A DNA stretch of 64,000 nt, taken from contig CBFDEM010000043.1 of NCBI GenBank assembly GCA_965603825.1, forward strand, positions 496,001-560,000, given 5' to 3'. Shown piece by piece: positions 1-12,772 of this stretch. Source of the stretch: Blepharisma stoltei ATCC 30299 (Eukaryota > Protista > Ciliophora). The notes under the pieces were generated by a model that saw only the letters and a list, made by a program, of their open reading frames with translations, did not search any database and was not told the DNA's origin. A program made the translations under genes and the position numbers. Within the stretch, counting starts at the first letter, position 1. Every line of letters begins with the position of its first letter.

Positions 1-870
1 ATCGAGTCATTTTTAGAAATCACTCTCTCAGTTTTTCTCCAGTGAAGAGAAATCTCAGAACCAAATCAAAATATAGGCTACCTCTCATTGATTTTAAGTT
101 TTATTACTATGGCTTATCTAATACTAACATTTTTGCTTATTATTTGGCAAGTTACGCTGAAGTCAGAGGAGGAGCTTACTACAGAGGTTCATGAAGTACG
201 ATTTGGCACATTATATGAGGGCTTTAAAACTAGCTCAAAACTAACAGCATCATTCCTTTTATTACAAAATGCACGCAGAGTGCTCTTTGCTATTTTTTGT
301 GTATTTTTATATGAGTATACAATTATTCAAGTTACACTTTCAGCTGTCTTATCATTTATCTATACAATTTCATTAGTTCTATTAAGACCTTTCAAATCAA
401 AAATTTTAGGCAATGGTCTCCACATATCTAGCGAATTTTGCTATTTTTCTGCACATTGTATGATACTTAAGTTTTTAGATGACCAATTATCTGACAACGA
501 CAGGGTAAGGCTAGGCTGAATCGTTATTGCTCTATTATGTTTTTCTGTGATGCTTCATATATTTGCGCTTTTTATAACACAGATTATTAGCATTATCCAA
601 GGAATTAAGCATCTTAAAAACAATTTTATGAAAAATTTTGCTAATAAATTTGTGCACATTGGAAAGTCAAATTTAAAGTCTATTATATTAGATAATAAAG
701 TTTCACCAAAAAATCAGGAAAATGAAAGTGAAAGTTTTACTAAAAGGAAAAGAAAGCATATAGAAATTAAAGATGAAATCCACTCATTTAGAAAGACCAA
801 AATTGTCCCAATTGATGAAAGTTTATATACAGATACTATGGGCGATGAATTTTTCACAAGGAAAGAATAG
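1..870 (+). CDS. Surface receptor family copy 0: C-terminal TRP-like transmembrane region and tail (5' end outside the window)
   Basis: One frame from position 1 (IESFLEITLSVFLQ-W-REIS) through ORFs 88-519 and 547-870 when TGA=Trp. It has the same RFGTLYEGFK, LRPF and GWII motifs as the other copies and ends at TAG 868-870. Confidence 0.85.
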
Positions 871-1921
871 ATTATGTTTGGTTATTAAAATAATCATTAT
901 ATTTCATTTTTAATTTAGCCTATTATTTGAATACTCTTGTAGTTTGGGTATTAAAGAATATGACCTTTTGTATAAAAATTGGCAGACTATTTGTGTATTT
1001 TTATATTTCCTTATTGGAAAAGAGATTCATTTCTTCAGATTAATTGTTTATTATTTTCCAAGAAAATATTATTTATAGGTAAGAGTGATGGATTAATAAA
1101 ATAATAATTTGAAGTTATTAGATATATTTTTCAAAATATATGCTGAATCCTACTTGTAGCTATTTTAAAATATCCACAATAATTAAGATAAAACAGATTC
1201 TAAAAAATATTTTAATATATATTTCTTCTCCTATTTCTTAATTTTTCCCCAATAATTCTTAAATTAATATTTGTACTTGTTTAAACTTATCTGATTCTAG
1301 TTTTACAATTATTTGTATCAGCTAGCATTCAAAAGTGAGGTTTCACATCCAAATAATTTTTCAAATTGCATCTCTTAATCGAAAACTTTGGATAAATCTA
1401 GCGCAAGCTCTTTGGTAGCTATTCAATATCTCATTGGGCTTTGATTCTGATTTCTTCAATTAAATCCATGTTAAGTTTCAAAATAAAAGCTTGATTAAAA
1501 AAAATTACTATAAAATAATAATTTTTTTAAAATTTTTGCCCGCTCACTAAGGAACTGAGCCTCAAATACAGCATCACTCTTTAAAGTTATCGACTTGGAC
1601 ATATCCTATGTCAATTTTTTATATTGTATTGCATGCTAAACTTTAATCTCTAAAAAATTTAAATGGCTAATACTCATACAATCTTTTAAACTCAGCTTGG
1701 CTTCACTCTCTATACCATCTCTCTGCTTGAAGAGGCCCTGTGGGTATAGCTAAAGATGGACTGAAACTATTTAAATTGCAGGCAAGCCTCCCTTAGATTA
1801 TCGACTTCTACCAAATACCTCTCATATATTTTTAGCAATTATGAACTTTAGATTTTGATAACCTTCATGCTAATTTTCCCTCTAATTAATATTAAAAATA
1901 TATCTAAATAATATTAATTGC

Positions 1922-4900
1922 ATGGCTGTATGCGTATTTCTTTTAGTCTTTTTGTCTCAAACTGCATCAAGCTCTGATATCGTATCAATATTTCCACCGT
2001 ATCACTCTCAGTATGTTGATAGCTTTATTAACACAACAGCAGTGCAGCTTACAGAAGCAGTTTTAGGAGGAGAAGAAAAGCATACAACTTTTGGAATCTC
2101 TTTATGGGTCAAAATAATAGAACCTAGAAAGAGTGGTGATATTTTTTGATTGGAACATGGAAAGTAATTAATATTCAGAGGAGATTTTTTGCAATTTCCT
2201 TGTATTACTTATGTTTGAAAAAGTTCAGCAGCTTTCATTTTATATCTCCAGCTTTATACATTGTTCACCGAAGAAGACCAAAAATTATCTCTTCTTATTG
2301 TAAGCAATATTTAGACTCCTTCTGATAATTGAATATTTATAGCTTTCTCAGCAAGCTACGAAAAAAAATTGTTACTGTTTTATTGCAATAACTTAGGAAC
2401 TGAATCTTTCAATTCAGGAGTTTTGGAAGAGGAAGTAATTTTATCAAATGCGGTTTTATTATTTGGAATACAGAATTTCAGTGGGAGGATAGGCGACTTT
2501 AAGGTTCATAACAATATATTTAATGAGATTTCAGACTGACGTTTGCAATACTCAACTTCATGCGTAGAGGTAAGCTGTACAAGCTTGTTTCCAATTATAG
2601 AGTATGGAAAATGTGACCAACGATGTGGATCACAGCCCGAAACATTTTTGCCGATATTTCAGCCAACTTTATATTCAAAGACTCCTTATATGACTATTGA
2701 TAAAAAATCATACGTCTATAACCCGTGAAAGGAATGCAATGACTTTTCAATCACAGGGTGGATTCAAGTGCCAGCATGCCAAAATAAATCGGAAACTATT
2801 TTAGAAATTTCTAATAATGGCCATATTATAAGTATTGCAGTAAAATTAAAGAGCAGCAGCCTTTTAGCTCACTGTGATGTTTTAGAAGCAACAATTTACA
2901 GCTTTGAAAATAAAACTGATGATTCAGTTCAACTTATTTCTCCAAATTATATCGGAAATTGGTTCTTTTTTGCTATAACTTTAAATTCCACTACGAAGTT
3001 ATTTACGCTCTATTCTCAAAATAGTATTAGTGCTCCATCTGCCTCTTTTCCCTTAATTTCTTCATCAATTCCTTATGCCTACTCTGTTCTACCATTAGCA
3101 TCGTTCAGCTGGATTGTGATTGGAGGAACTCGTCTAGAGATTTATCCAGGGAATTATGCAGATTTTAGATTTTATCCTGGTAATGCTATTGATACTACTT
3201 TAATGCAATATAACAGCAATATATTCAGCGCTGCTACTTATCTTGATCCTCATTGCACTTTATGAGAGTCAATATGGTATTGCAAAGCATGTGAAATCGG
3301 GTATTTTGTTAAAAATGGAATATGCAATAGTAATTTATAAGTAGAATGCCACCCTTCATGCAATGGCTGCAGCTCTGATGACACAGAAGCTGATTGTTTG
3401 GCCTGCGCAAGTGGATATTATGCCCAGCCAGGCCATCCTTCATTGTGCTTTAATTATTGTCCATTAGGCTTTGTAAAGGATTCTTATCTTAACCAATGTA
3501 CAGGCACTCAAGGAGTTATTGCCAACATAAATTTTGACAACAATCTATCAGGTGATTTTATTTCTTCTTACGTTTATATACAATTTGGAGAATTATCTGA
3601 TGAGTATTGTCCAAAATTTGACTATTTAGATCCCTTGCCTGCCAACAAAAGAGGGATATTTATTCACTCTACATTAGTAAAAATAATCTCCCAGTCTCCT
3701 ACTCAAGAAGATAGGCTATTTAGTTCTGATTTTACTATTGAAATTTGATCGTTAGTTAATAATCATGGAACTTTATTTCGTGCAAATTGCTTCAGCAGCC
3801 ATAAATACTATGGCTACGATCTAGGCCCTCTATGAAACTTATATTTTGATTTCGGGTCAATGCTTTATGAGAAAATTTCTCTTCGCATATTAAAGCGTGA
3901 TGAAAGTCAAGAGACAATAATCTCACCATTGGAAAGCTCTTCGGAATGGGCTTTGTATTCTGTCTCTCTTACTTACGATGACATTACCAAGTCTACTAAA
4001 ATATTATTTGTCATCAATAAAAATTCATATACGGCTATTGTGTCAAATCATTATAAAGAGTTACCTGGAATGATTCATAGTATTGGAAATTTGAATGGAG
4101 ATTCATTCATAGGGTTTTTGTATAGTTTGGCAATGTATAACTATGGGAAAACTTATAATGAAATTTTGCCAAGTGTAGGCACTTGCAGCTCTTGCTCTGC
4201 TTGCCCAGCTGTCTTGAAGTCTTGTTTGCCAACTTGTAATGCAACTGAATATGTAGATGAGAATGGAAACTGCCAAAAGTGTCCAAGTGAATGCTCATGA
4301 ATATGCTCAAGGGCTGGGACTTGCAATCTTTGCTACGACGATTTATGCTATAAATGCACTAAATATGAAATTGGGACTTGCATCCAGTGTGTTGAGAATG
4401 CAGCTCTTAGCAGTGGACAATGTGAGTGCCAAAGTGGATATATAAAGCAAGGATCTCGATGTGTAGAAAAATGCAGCGATGGGTTTCATTTGGATGCAAG
4501 CACTCAATCTTGTATTGGCTGTCTTAGCAATTGTTTAAAGTGTAGCAATGGAGAAAGCTGCACAATATGTAAGACGGGATTTGTTGAGCGAAATGGAAAA
4601 TGTGAATGCTCTGACGGATATTTTTTAGACTCTTCAAATAACTGCTCAAAATGTGATATTTCATGCTTAACTTGCTCAATTAATTCCTCAAATTGCTCAT
4701 CTTGCATATGAAATTTGCCTATTCTATATGGCAATAAATGCTACCCATGCGATTCATTTGAAAGTTATTCCACCTATTTTATTATTCCGATTTCATATTA
4801 TACAGATGATTTAGTGTCTCAATTAGCCTCTAATTGCACTGAAATTTGTGGGGATGGAAGAAATATGGGACAAGCTCAATGTGACGATGGAAATAATAAA

Positions 4901-6592
4901 AATGGAGACGGCTGCTCTGAGAATTGTACAATAGAAACTGGGTGAACTTGCTCTGGAGGCAGTATAAGCTCTCCTGATATATGTAAAGATATAACTCCTC
5001 CTTTACCATTTCTTGCATATTTATTCGAAAATGGTTCAGGCTATCTTCTTGCGTTATCATTCTCAGAAAAAGTAAATATAACATCTGATTTATCAGAAAA
5101 TATTAAAATTACAATTGATGGGATAAAAATGTTTTCTTGGGCTATTTCATTAGAAAAATCAATTTATGAAGTCGCCTTAAATTTATATGAAAGCGTAGAA
5201 AGTGGGACAGGTGTGGAAATCAACTTTATTAATCCTAGTGAAATCGCTGATACGAGCGGTAATCAAATGAAAGAGAAAAAAGTAAAATCAATTTTGATTG
5301 CTCCATTCACATACAAAACTGCAGAAGCTATGAAAACTTCTATTACAACTGTAGCCATGGTTGCTGCTGCAGGAGCGGCTGCAGGATCTATATTTACAGG
5401 ATCTTTTAATTTACAAGCATTTTGGAGTATGCTCGAAATGATGCAGATACAAAATTATTTGATATTTTTATCTCCGCAATACCCTAATAACCTTATCACA
5501 TATCTTCGTACCTTAAGTATAGCAAATGGAAACTTTTTGCCTAATCCTTTTCAACTGTATTTAGTAAAAAATGACCCGTTTCCTGATCCTTCAAAAAAGT
5601 TTGCAGATGAAAATTTTAATACAGATTTCCTTATGAACGCTGGTCAGTTTGTAGCAGTATGGGCTATTATTTTGACTGGGCTCTCAATTTGTATAATTTT
5701 ATATAAAATAAGACCAAGCTTATCAATAATAAGATGGCTAAAAAGCTCCTTTTTCTATGCTATTTTACTCAGAACTGGAATCGAGTCATTTTTAGAAATC
5801 ACACTTTCAGTCCTTCTGCAATTAAGAGAATGCTCACAGCCAAACCAAGATATTGGCTATCTTTCATTGATTTTGACCTTTTTAACCATACTTTACCTGA
5901 TCTCTACTTTTGCTCTTATAGTTTGGCAAGTATCGTTAAAGCCTAAAGGACTGCTTGGGACAAAGTTGCATGAAAGAAGATTTGGAGTATTTTATCAAGG
6001 ATTTAAAAGAGATTCTAAACTAAAAGCTTCTTTCTTGCTATTCCAAAATATCCGCAGAGTCCTATTTCTTATTTTTTGTGTGTTTTTATATGAGCACACA
6101 ACTGTTCAAGTTTTATTATCAGCCTCCTTATCATTAACCTATACAATTTTATTAATTGCACTGAGACCATACGAGCAGAGATATTTAGGGAATTTTTTAA
6201 ATATAATCTGTGAAATTTTATATTTTGCTGCTCATTGCCTAATACTAAAATTTTTAGATAATCACATATCTGATGATTCTAAAACAAATCTTGGCTGGGC
6301 AATAATTGCACTCTTGAGTACTTCTTTATTACTCCATATACTATGCCTCTTTATAGTTCAGATCACAAATTTACTACAAGGAGTCAAACAACTTAAAGAT
6401 TGATTTCTTCAAAACTTTGCAAATAAGTTTTTAAAAGTCAAGAGAAGAATAATAATGAATGAAATAGAATCTAGTGACCTGAATATAGAATTAAGTAAAG
6501 AAGAAACCTATGAAGAAAAAGATTCAAGAACTCACCCTGATGGCAATTTTCTAAATATTGATACTAGTGGGGGGCAGCTATTCATAGGATAA
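1922..6592 (+). CDS. Copy 1: LamG-like x3 / Cys-rich / DUF4215-type / Ig-like / TRP-like multi-TM protein, ~1541 aa, three 15-nt introns
   Basis: ORF pieces at 1922, 2543, 2768, 3398, 3860, 4490, 4715 and 5129 share one frame and are broken only by TGA or by introns 2164-2178, 2300-2314 and 3330-3344. N-terminal signal peptide, CGDG..CDDGN..NGDGCS motif, stop TAA 6590-6592. Confidence 0.88.
2164..2178 (+). other. 15-nt intron 1 of copy 1 (gtaattaatattcag)
   Basis: GT..AG, A at position 10, contains an in-frame TAA; removal restores the frame. Confidence 0.85.
2300..2314 (+). other. 15-nt intron 2 of copy 1 (gtaagcaatatttag)
   Basis: Phase-0 GT..AG ending in an in-frame TAG; same position (just before the NWIF motif) in all full copies. 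Confidence 0.88.
3330..3344 (+). other. 15-nt intron 3 of copy 1 (gtaatttataagtag)
   Basis: Splicing gives NGICNKCHPSC; position conserved in all full copies. Confidence 0.88.
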
Positions 6593-7811
6593 GATTCTAG
6601 AATAGCATTTTCAAGATAAAAATAATTAATTTTTGTCTTATTAATATAATTCTTAAAAGATCCCTAAGCGTATTTACAATAAATTAGTCTAAGGCTTCAT
6701 AAATCAGCGCTGCAAGGTCATTATAATACCAACCTTATACTTTTGTATGCTATTCCATCATCTATTTATTTTGCAGTGATCCAATGATTTCTCCTTTTAT
6801 AGTGATTTTTCATCAGCTGAGAAACAGGCAAGATTCTTGATGTACATGGGCAGAGTTTTTCTCCGTGCCACAGGGTATAATGCTTGGAATATAGGTTTTC
6901 TCCAGATATAGAGTTGGGAAAGGGAAAAGTTGGGCCGTCATTTTCTCTAGATTAGGAACATCCTACTGGAATAGGAGATCTTGAAGACAGCAGGTGCCTA
7001 AGGCGATACTTGGAGTTTTATCTCGAACTTCAGCCCAAAGAGATAAGACGCCCTGGACTCAAGCCAGGTTGAACCAGCAAGAATGAGGAAGTCGATGCCT
7101 AGCTATGGTGGATGAGCTTTAATATGAATGAAAATCCTCTAGCTGACTTTAAATACAATGTGCATTAATTAATTTCTAAATTTTAGCAGTTTTCATAGAA
7201 AAATCCGCCAAAAAATCACTTAAGTCACAAAGGGAGGAGAAATTAAATAAAATTAAGATGAAAGAAGAAGAGAAAGGCCTGAAGACAAGATAGAATCAAA
7301 AGAATAGGAGGAATTTGAATAAGAGAAGAATTTGAGAGGATGTAGAATCAGAGAAAGGATAGGAGAGAAAAAGACAAAAGAAAAGGAGAAAATCAGCATT
7401 ACGCTGGCCAATGGCTTTTGCCGTTAATTAGGTAGCCCTTAATCCTAAAATTATCTCAGCTTGATGCGTTAGCTTAAATATTGTATAACTCTTTAAAGTT
7501 ATCGACTCGGAAATATTTATGTTGAATTTTTATATTGCATTGCATGTTAAACTTTATATCTAAAAAATTTAAATGGCTTGCACTCATGCAATCTTTTATT
7601 CTCAGTTTGTCTTCACTCTCCACATCATCTGTGGGTATCTCTAAAGACAGACTGAAAATTATTTAAATTGAGGACAAGCCTCCCTTATCTTATTGACTTA
7701 TATTAAATGTCTCTCATATACTTTTAACATTTATGAACTTCAGATTTTGATAGCCTCATGCTAGTTTTTCTCTAATTATTTATAAATATATAGATATAAT
7801 CATTAAATATA

Positions 7812-10800
7812 ATGGCTGTATGCATATTTCTTTTTGCCTTTTTCTCTCAAACTGCATCGAGTTCTGATATCATATCAATATTTCCACCGTATTACTCTCA
7901 GTATTACTCTGTGCATTTTGATAGATTTAATAATGAAACAGCAATGCAGCTTACAGATGCAGTTTTAGGAGGAGAAGAAAAGCATACAACTTTTGGAATC
8001 TCTTTATGGGTCAAAATAATAGATCCTAGAAAGAGTGGCGGCATTTTTTGACTGGAATATGGAAAGTAATTATAATTTAGAGAAAATTTTTTGCAATTTC
8101 CTTGTATTTTTTATGCTTGAAAAAGTTCAACAACTTCCTATTTATATCTATCGGTCACGAATGAAGATGAAAGATTATCTCTTCTTATTGTAAGCAATAT
8201 TTAGACTCCTTCTGATAATTGGGTATTTATAGCTTTCTCAGCAAGCTACGAAAAAAAATTATTATTGTTTTATTGTAATAATTTAGGAACTGAATCTTTC
8301 AATTCAGGAATTTTGGAAAAGGAAGTGATTTTATCAAATGCGGTTTTATTATTTGGAATACAGAATTTCATTGGTAGGATAGGTGACTTTAAGGTTCATA
8401 ACAATATATTTAATGAGATTTCAGACTGAAGTTTGCAATACTCAACTTCATGCGTAGAGGTCAGCTGTACAAGCTTGTTTCCAATTATAGAGTATGGAAA
8501 ATGTGACCGATCATGTGAATCTCAACCCGAAACATTTTTGCCAATATTTCAGCCAACTTTATATTCAAAGACTCCTTATATGACTATATATAAATATTCA
8601 TACTTTTATAACCCATGAAAGGAATGCAATGACTTTTCAGTCACAGGATGGCTTCAAGTGTCAGCATGTCAAAATAGATCGGAAACTATTTTAGAAATTT
8701 CTAATAATGGCCAAAGCATAATTATTGAAGTAAAATTAAAGAGCAGTAGCCTTTTAGCTCACTGTGATGTTTTAGAAGCGACAATTTACAGCTTTGAAAA
8801 TAAAACTGATGATTCAGTTCAACTTATTTCTTCAAATTATATTGGAAATTGGTTCTTTTTTGCTATAACTTTAAATTCCACTGCGAAGTTATTTACGCTC
8901 TATTCTCAAAATAGTATTAGTGCTCCATCTGCCTCTTTTCCCTTAATTTCTTCGTCAATTACTTATGATTACTCTGTACTACCATTAGTATCGTTCAGCT
9001 GGATTGTTATTGGAGGAAATCACCAAGAGGTTTATCCAGGGAATTATGCAGATTTTAGATTTTATCCTGATAATGCTATTGATAATACTTTAATGCAATA
9101 TAACAACAATATATTCAGCGCTGCTACTTATCTTGATCCTCATTGCACTTTATGAGAGTCAATATGGTATTGCAAAGCATGCGAGATCGGGTATTTTGTT
9201 AAAAATGGAATATGCAATAGTAATTTATAAGTAGAATGCCACCCTTCATGCGATGGCTGCAGCTCTGATGACACAGAAGCTAATTGTTTGGCCTGCGCAA
9301 GTGGGTATTATGCCCAGCCAGGCCATCCTTCATTGTGCTTTAATTATTGTCCATTAGGCTTTGTAAAGGATTCTTATCTTAACCAATGTGCAGGTATTCA
9401 AGGAGTTATTGCCAACATAAATTTTGACAACAATCTATCAGGTGATTTTATTTCTTCTTACGTTTATATAAAATTTGGAGAATTATCTGATGAGTATTAT
9501 CCAAAATTCAATTTTTGAGATCCCTTGCCTGCCAACAAAAGAGGGATATTTATTCACTTTAGATCAGTAGAAATAATCTCCCAGTCTCCTACTCAAGAAG
9601 ATAGGCTATTTAGTTCTGATTTTACTATTGAAATTTGATCGTTAGTTAATAATCCTGGAGCTTTATTTCATGCGACTCACTTCAACAAGCATAATTACTA
9701 TGGCTACGATCTAGGCTCTCTATGAACTTTATATTTTGGCTTTGAAATGTTTGATGAAAAAATTTCTCTTCACATATTAAGGCGTGATGGAAGTCAAGAG
9801 AGAGTAATCTCACCATTGGAAAGCTCTTCGGAATGGGCTTTGTATTCTGTTTCTCTTACTTATGATGATATTACCAAGTCTACTAAAATATTATTTGTCA
9901 TCAATAAAAATTCTTATACGGCTATTGTGTCAAGTCACTATAAAGAGATACCTGGAATGATTCATAAAATTGGAAATTTGAATGGAAATTCATTTATAGG
10001 GTTTTTGTATAGCTTGGCAATGCATAATTATGGGAAAACTTATAATGAAATTTTGCCAAGTTTAGGGACTTGTGATTCGTGCAGCGCTTGCCCAGGGATT
10101 TTGAAGTCTTGCTTGCCTACTTGTGGTGAAACTGAATATGTAGATGAGAATGGAAACTGCCAAAAGTGTCCAAGTGAATGCTCATGAATATGCTCAAGGG
10201 CTGGGACTTGCAATCTTTGCTACGACGATTTATGCTATAAATGCACTAAATATGAAATTGGGGCTTGCACACAGTGTGTTGAGAATGCAGTTCTTAGCAG
10301 TGGACAGTGTGAGTGCCAAAGTGGATATATAAAGCAAGGATCTCAATGTGTAGAAAAATGCAGCGATGGGTTTTATCTTGATTCTGGTTCTCAATCATGT
10401 CTCAGCTGCCCAGAAAATTGTCTAAAATGCATGGATCAAAACAGTTGCATGATTTGCAAATCTGGCTTTTTTCCACAACATGGTAAATGTGAATGTGCAG
10501 CCGGATATTTTGCTGATTCTTCAAATAACTGCTTAAAATGTGGCGCTTCATGCTTAACTTGCTCAATTAGATCTTCAAATTGTACATCTTGCCCTTTAGA
10601 AGCACCGATTATTTACAGTAATAATAAATGCTATCCTTGCGATATATTTGAAGGCTATTCTAAAAATCAAGGGATTACGATTTCAGACTTTACAGAAGAT
10701 TTATTTGAAAAATTATCTAAAAACTGTGCCGAAATCTGCGGAGATGGAAAAAATATGGGACAAGCTGAATGTGATGATGGAAATAGAAATAATGGCGATG

Positions 10801-12344
10801 GCTGCTCTTCTAACTGTTTAATAGAATTTGGATGAAATTGCTTTGGGGGGAATGCAACTTTTCCTGACAGCTGTAAAGATGAAACCCCTCCTTCACCAAT
10901 TCTTACATATTTAAGTCAAAATGATAGAGGGTATCTTCTTACTTTATCATTCAGTGAAGCTGTCACTTTTGGAGCCGAGATATCAGAAATAATTGAAATA
11001 GAAATTGCTGGAATTATTAATTTCGATTGGTCTATATCTTTAGACGACTCTATATATATAATAGCATTGGAAATTTATGAAAATGTAGACAGTAAAATGA
11101 ATGTCACTGTAAATTTTATAGATCCAAGCGCTATTGTGGATATGCGTGGATTGGAAATGAAAGAAAGGCTGGTGAAAACAAATTTGATGCACTCCTTTGT
11201 ATATGAATCAGGAAATTTAATTGAAAAAGCCATAGATATGATAGCCATATCTGCAGTTGTGGCATCGTCAGTTGGGTCAGCATTCTCAGGCTATTTTGTC
11301 AAAAATTTTGATAATCAAGCATTATGAAGCATGATAGAAATGATGCAGATGCAATACTTTTTAATATTTTTATCACCAAAATATCCTGGCAATCTTTTAT
11401 CTTATATAAGTACGCTTAGTATATCAAACGGAAGTTTCTTGCCTAATCCATTTCAATGACTTTTAGCAGGGAATATTATTATTTCTGACACTCCTGAGAG
11501 CTATCCTAAAGACTTATTTATTGGACAATTTTTATTACTCTGATTGGCTACAATAATTGGACTTCCAACTTCTTTGCTCTTATTCAAGCTCTATCCAAGA
11601 GTTTCTATAGTAAGATGGCTCAGAAAGTCTTATTTATTTTCAATCCTATTAAGAGTAGGAATTTTTTCATTTTTAGAAATCACTCTTTTAGTCTTTCTCA
11701 AATGAAGAGAAGCTTTAGAACAAGACCAAGATATAAACTATATTTCTTTGATACTAGGCATTATAGGAACACTTTATATTGTTTTAACTTTTGCACTTAT
11801 TATTTGGCAAGTTGCATTAAAATCTGAAGAGAAGCTAACCGAAAAGCTACATCTAAAAAGACTTGGGACATTATATGAGGCATTCAAAAATAGCTCAAAG
11901 ACAGCAGCGTCATTTATTTTATTCCAAAACATTCGCAGAGTATTCTTTATTGCTTTTTGTGTATTTCTATATGGCTATCCAACTCTTCAAGTAGCACTTT
12001 CAGCTCTCTTATCATTGATATACATAGCTTCTTTAGTGATATTAAAACCATTTAAAGCAAAAGTATTAGGAAATCATCTACACATAGCTAGTGAAGCATT
12101 GCATTTTTCAGCACATTGCTTAATGTTTAAGCTTTTAGATCATAATTTGTCTAGCAATAACAGGAAAAATTTTGGATGGATTATTACGACTTTACTATGC
12201 CTATCTTTATTGCTTCATGCAGTAGCACTCTTTACTAGCCAAATTAATAAAATAGCCCAAGTTCTTAAACAACTAAAAGAAAAATTGACAGAGACTTCGT
12301 CAAGCGAGCCTGATCCCCAAGATGAATTAAAATTAAATAGTTAA
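7812..12344 (+). CDS. Copy 2, ~1495 aa; introns 8066-8080, 8190-8204, 9220-9234
   Basis: Single frame with TGA=Trp. The N-half is nearly identical to copy 1; the C-half diverges after ~10375 and has a shorter tail. Stop TAA 12342-12344. Confidence 0.87.
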
Positions 12345-12772
12345 TTTTTTTCTCATCATCCTAGCTTGTCAAATAAAAATAAAAGCTAATTTTTCATTTT
12401 GTCTGCTTAAAATATTAAATAACAAATTTAGTAAGTAATATTTAAAAATAATATACTTTATTTTAATTATTTTTTGATTGTGTCAATTAATTCTTATTTA
12501 AATATTTAGGAGAAGCATCTTAATTAAGGATATTTTAGAAAATACCAATAAATTACAATATCTTGATTATAAGCTATTGTGTATAAATAACTAAATGCTA
12601 TATGACTTTTCTTGGTATAAATGTTTTCTTTGTTAGAAAAGAATCAATTAATCTATCATTCAAAATAAATCTTTTAGAAGAATAATTAACTTTAATATTA
12701 AAATTATTTTTTCTCCCTAAAATGGTTGAGTGTTGCAATTTTTAAATGTTGAAATAATATCTATTTACACTA

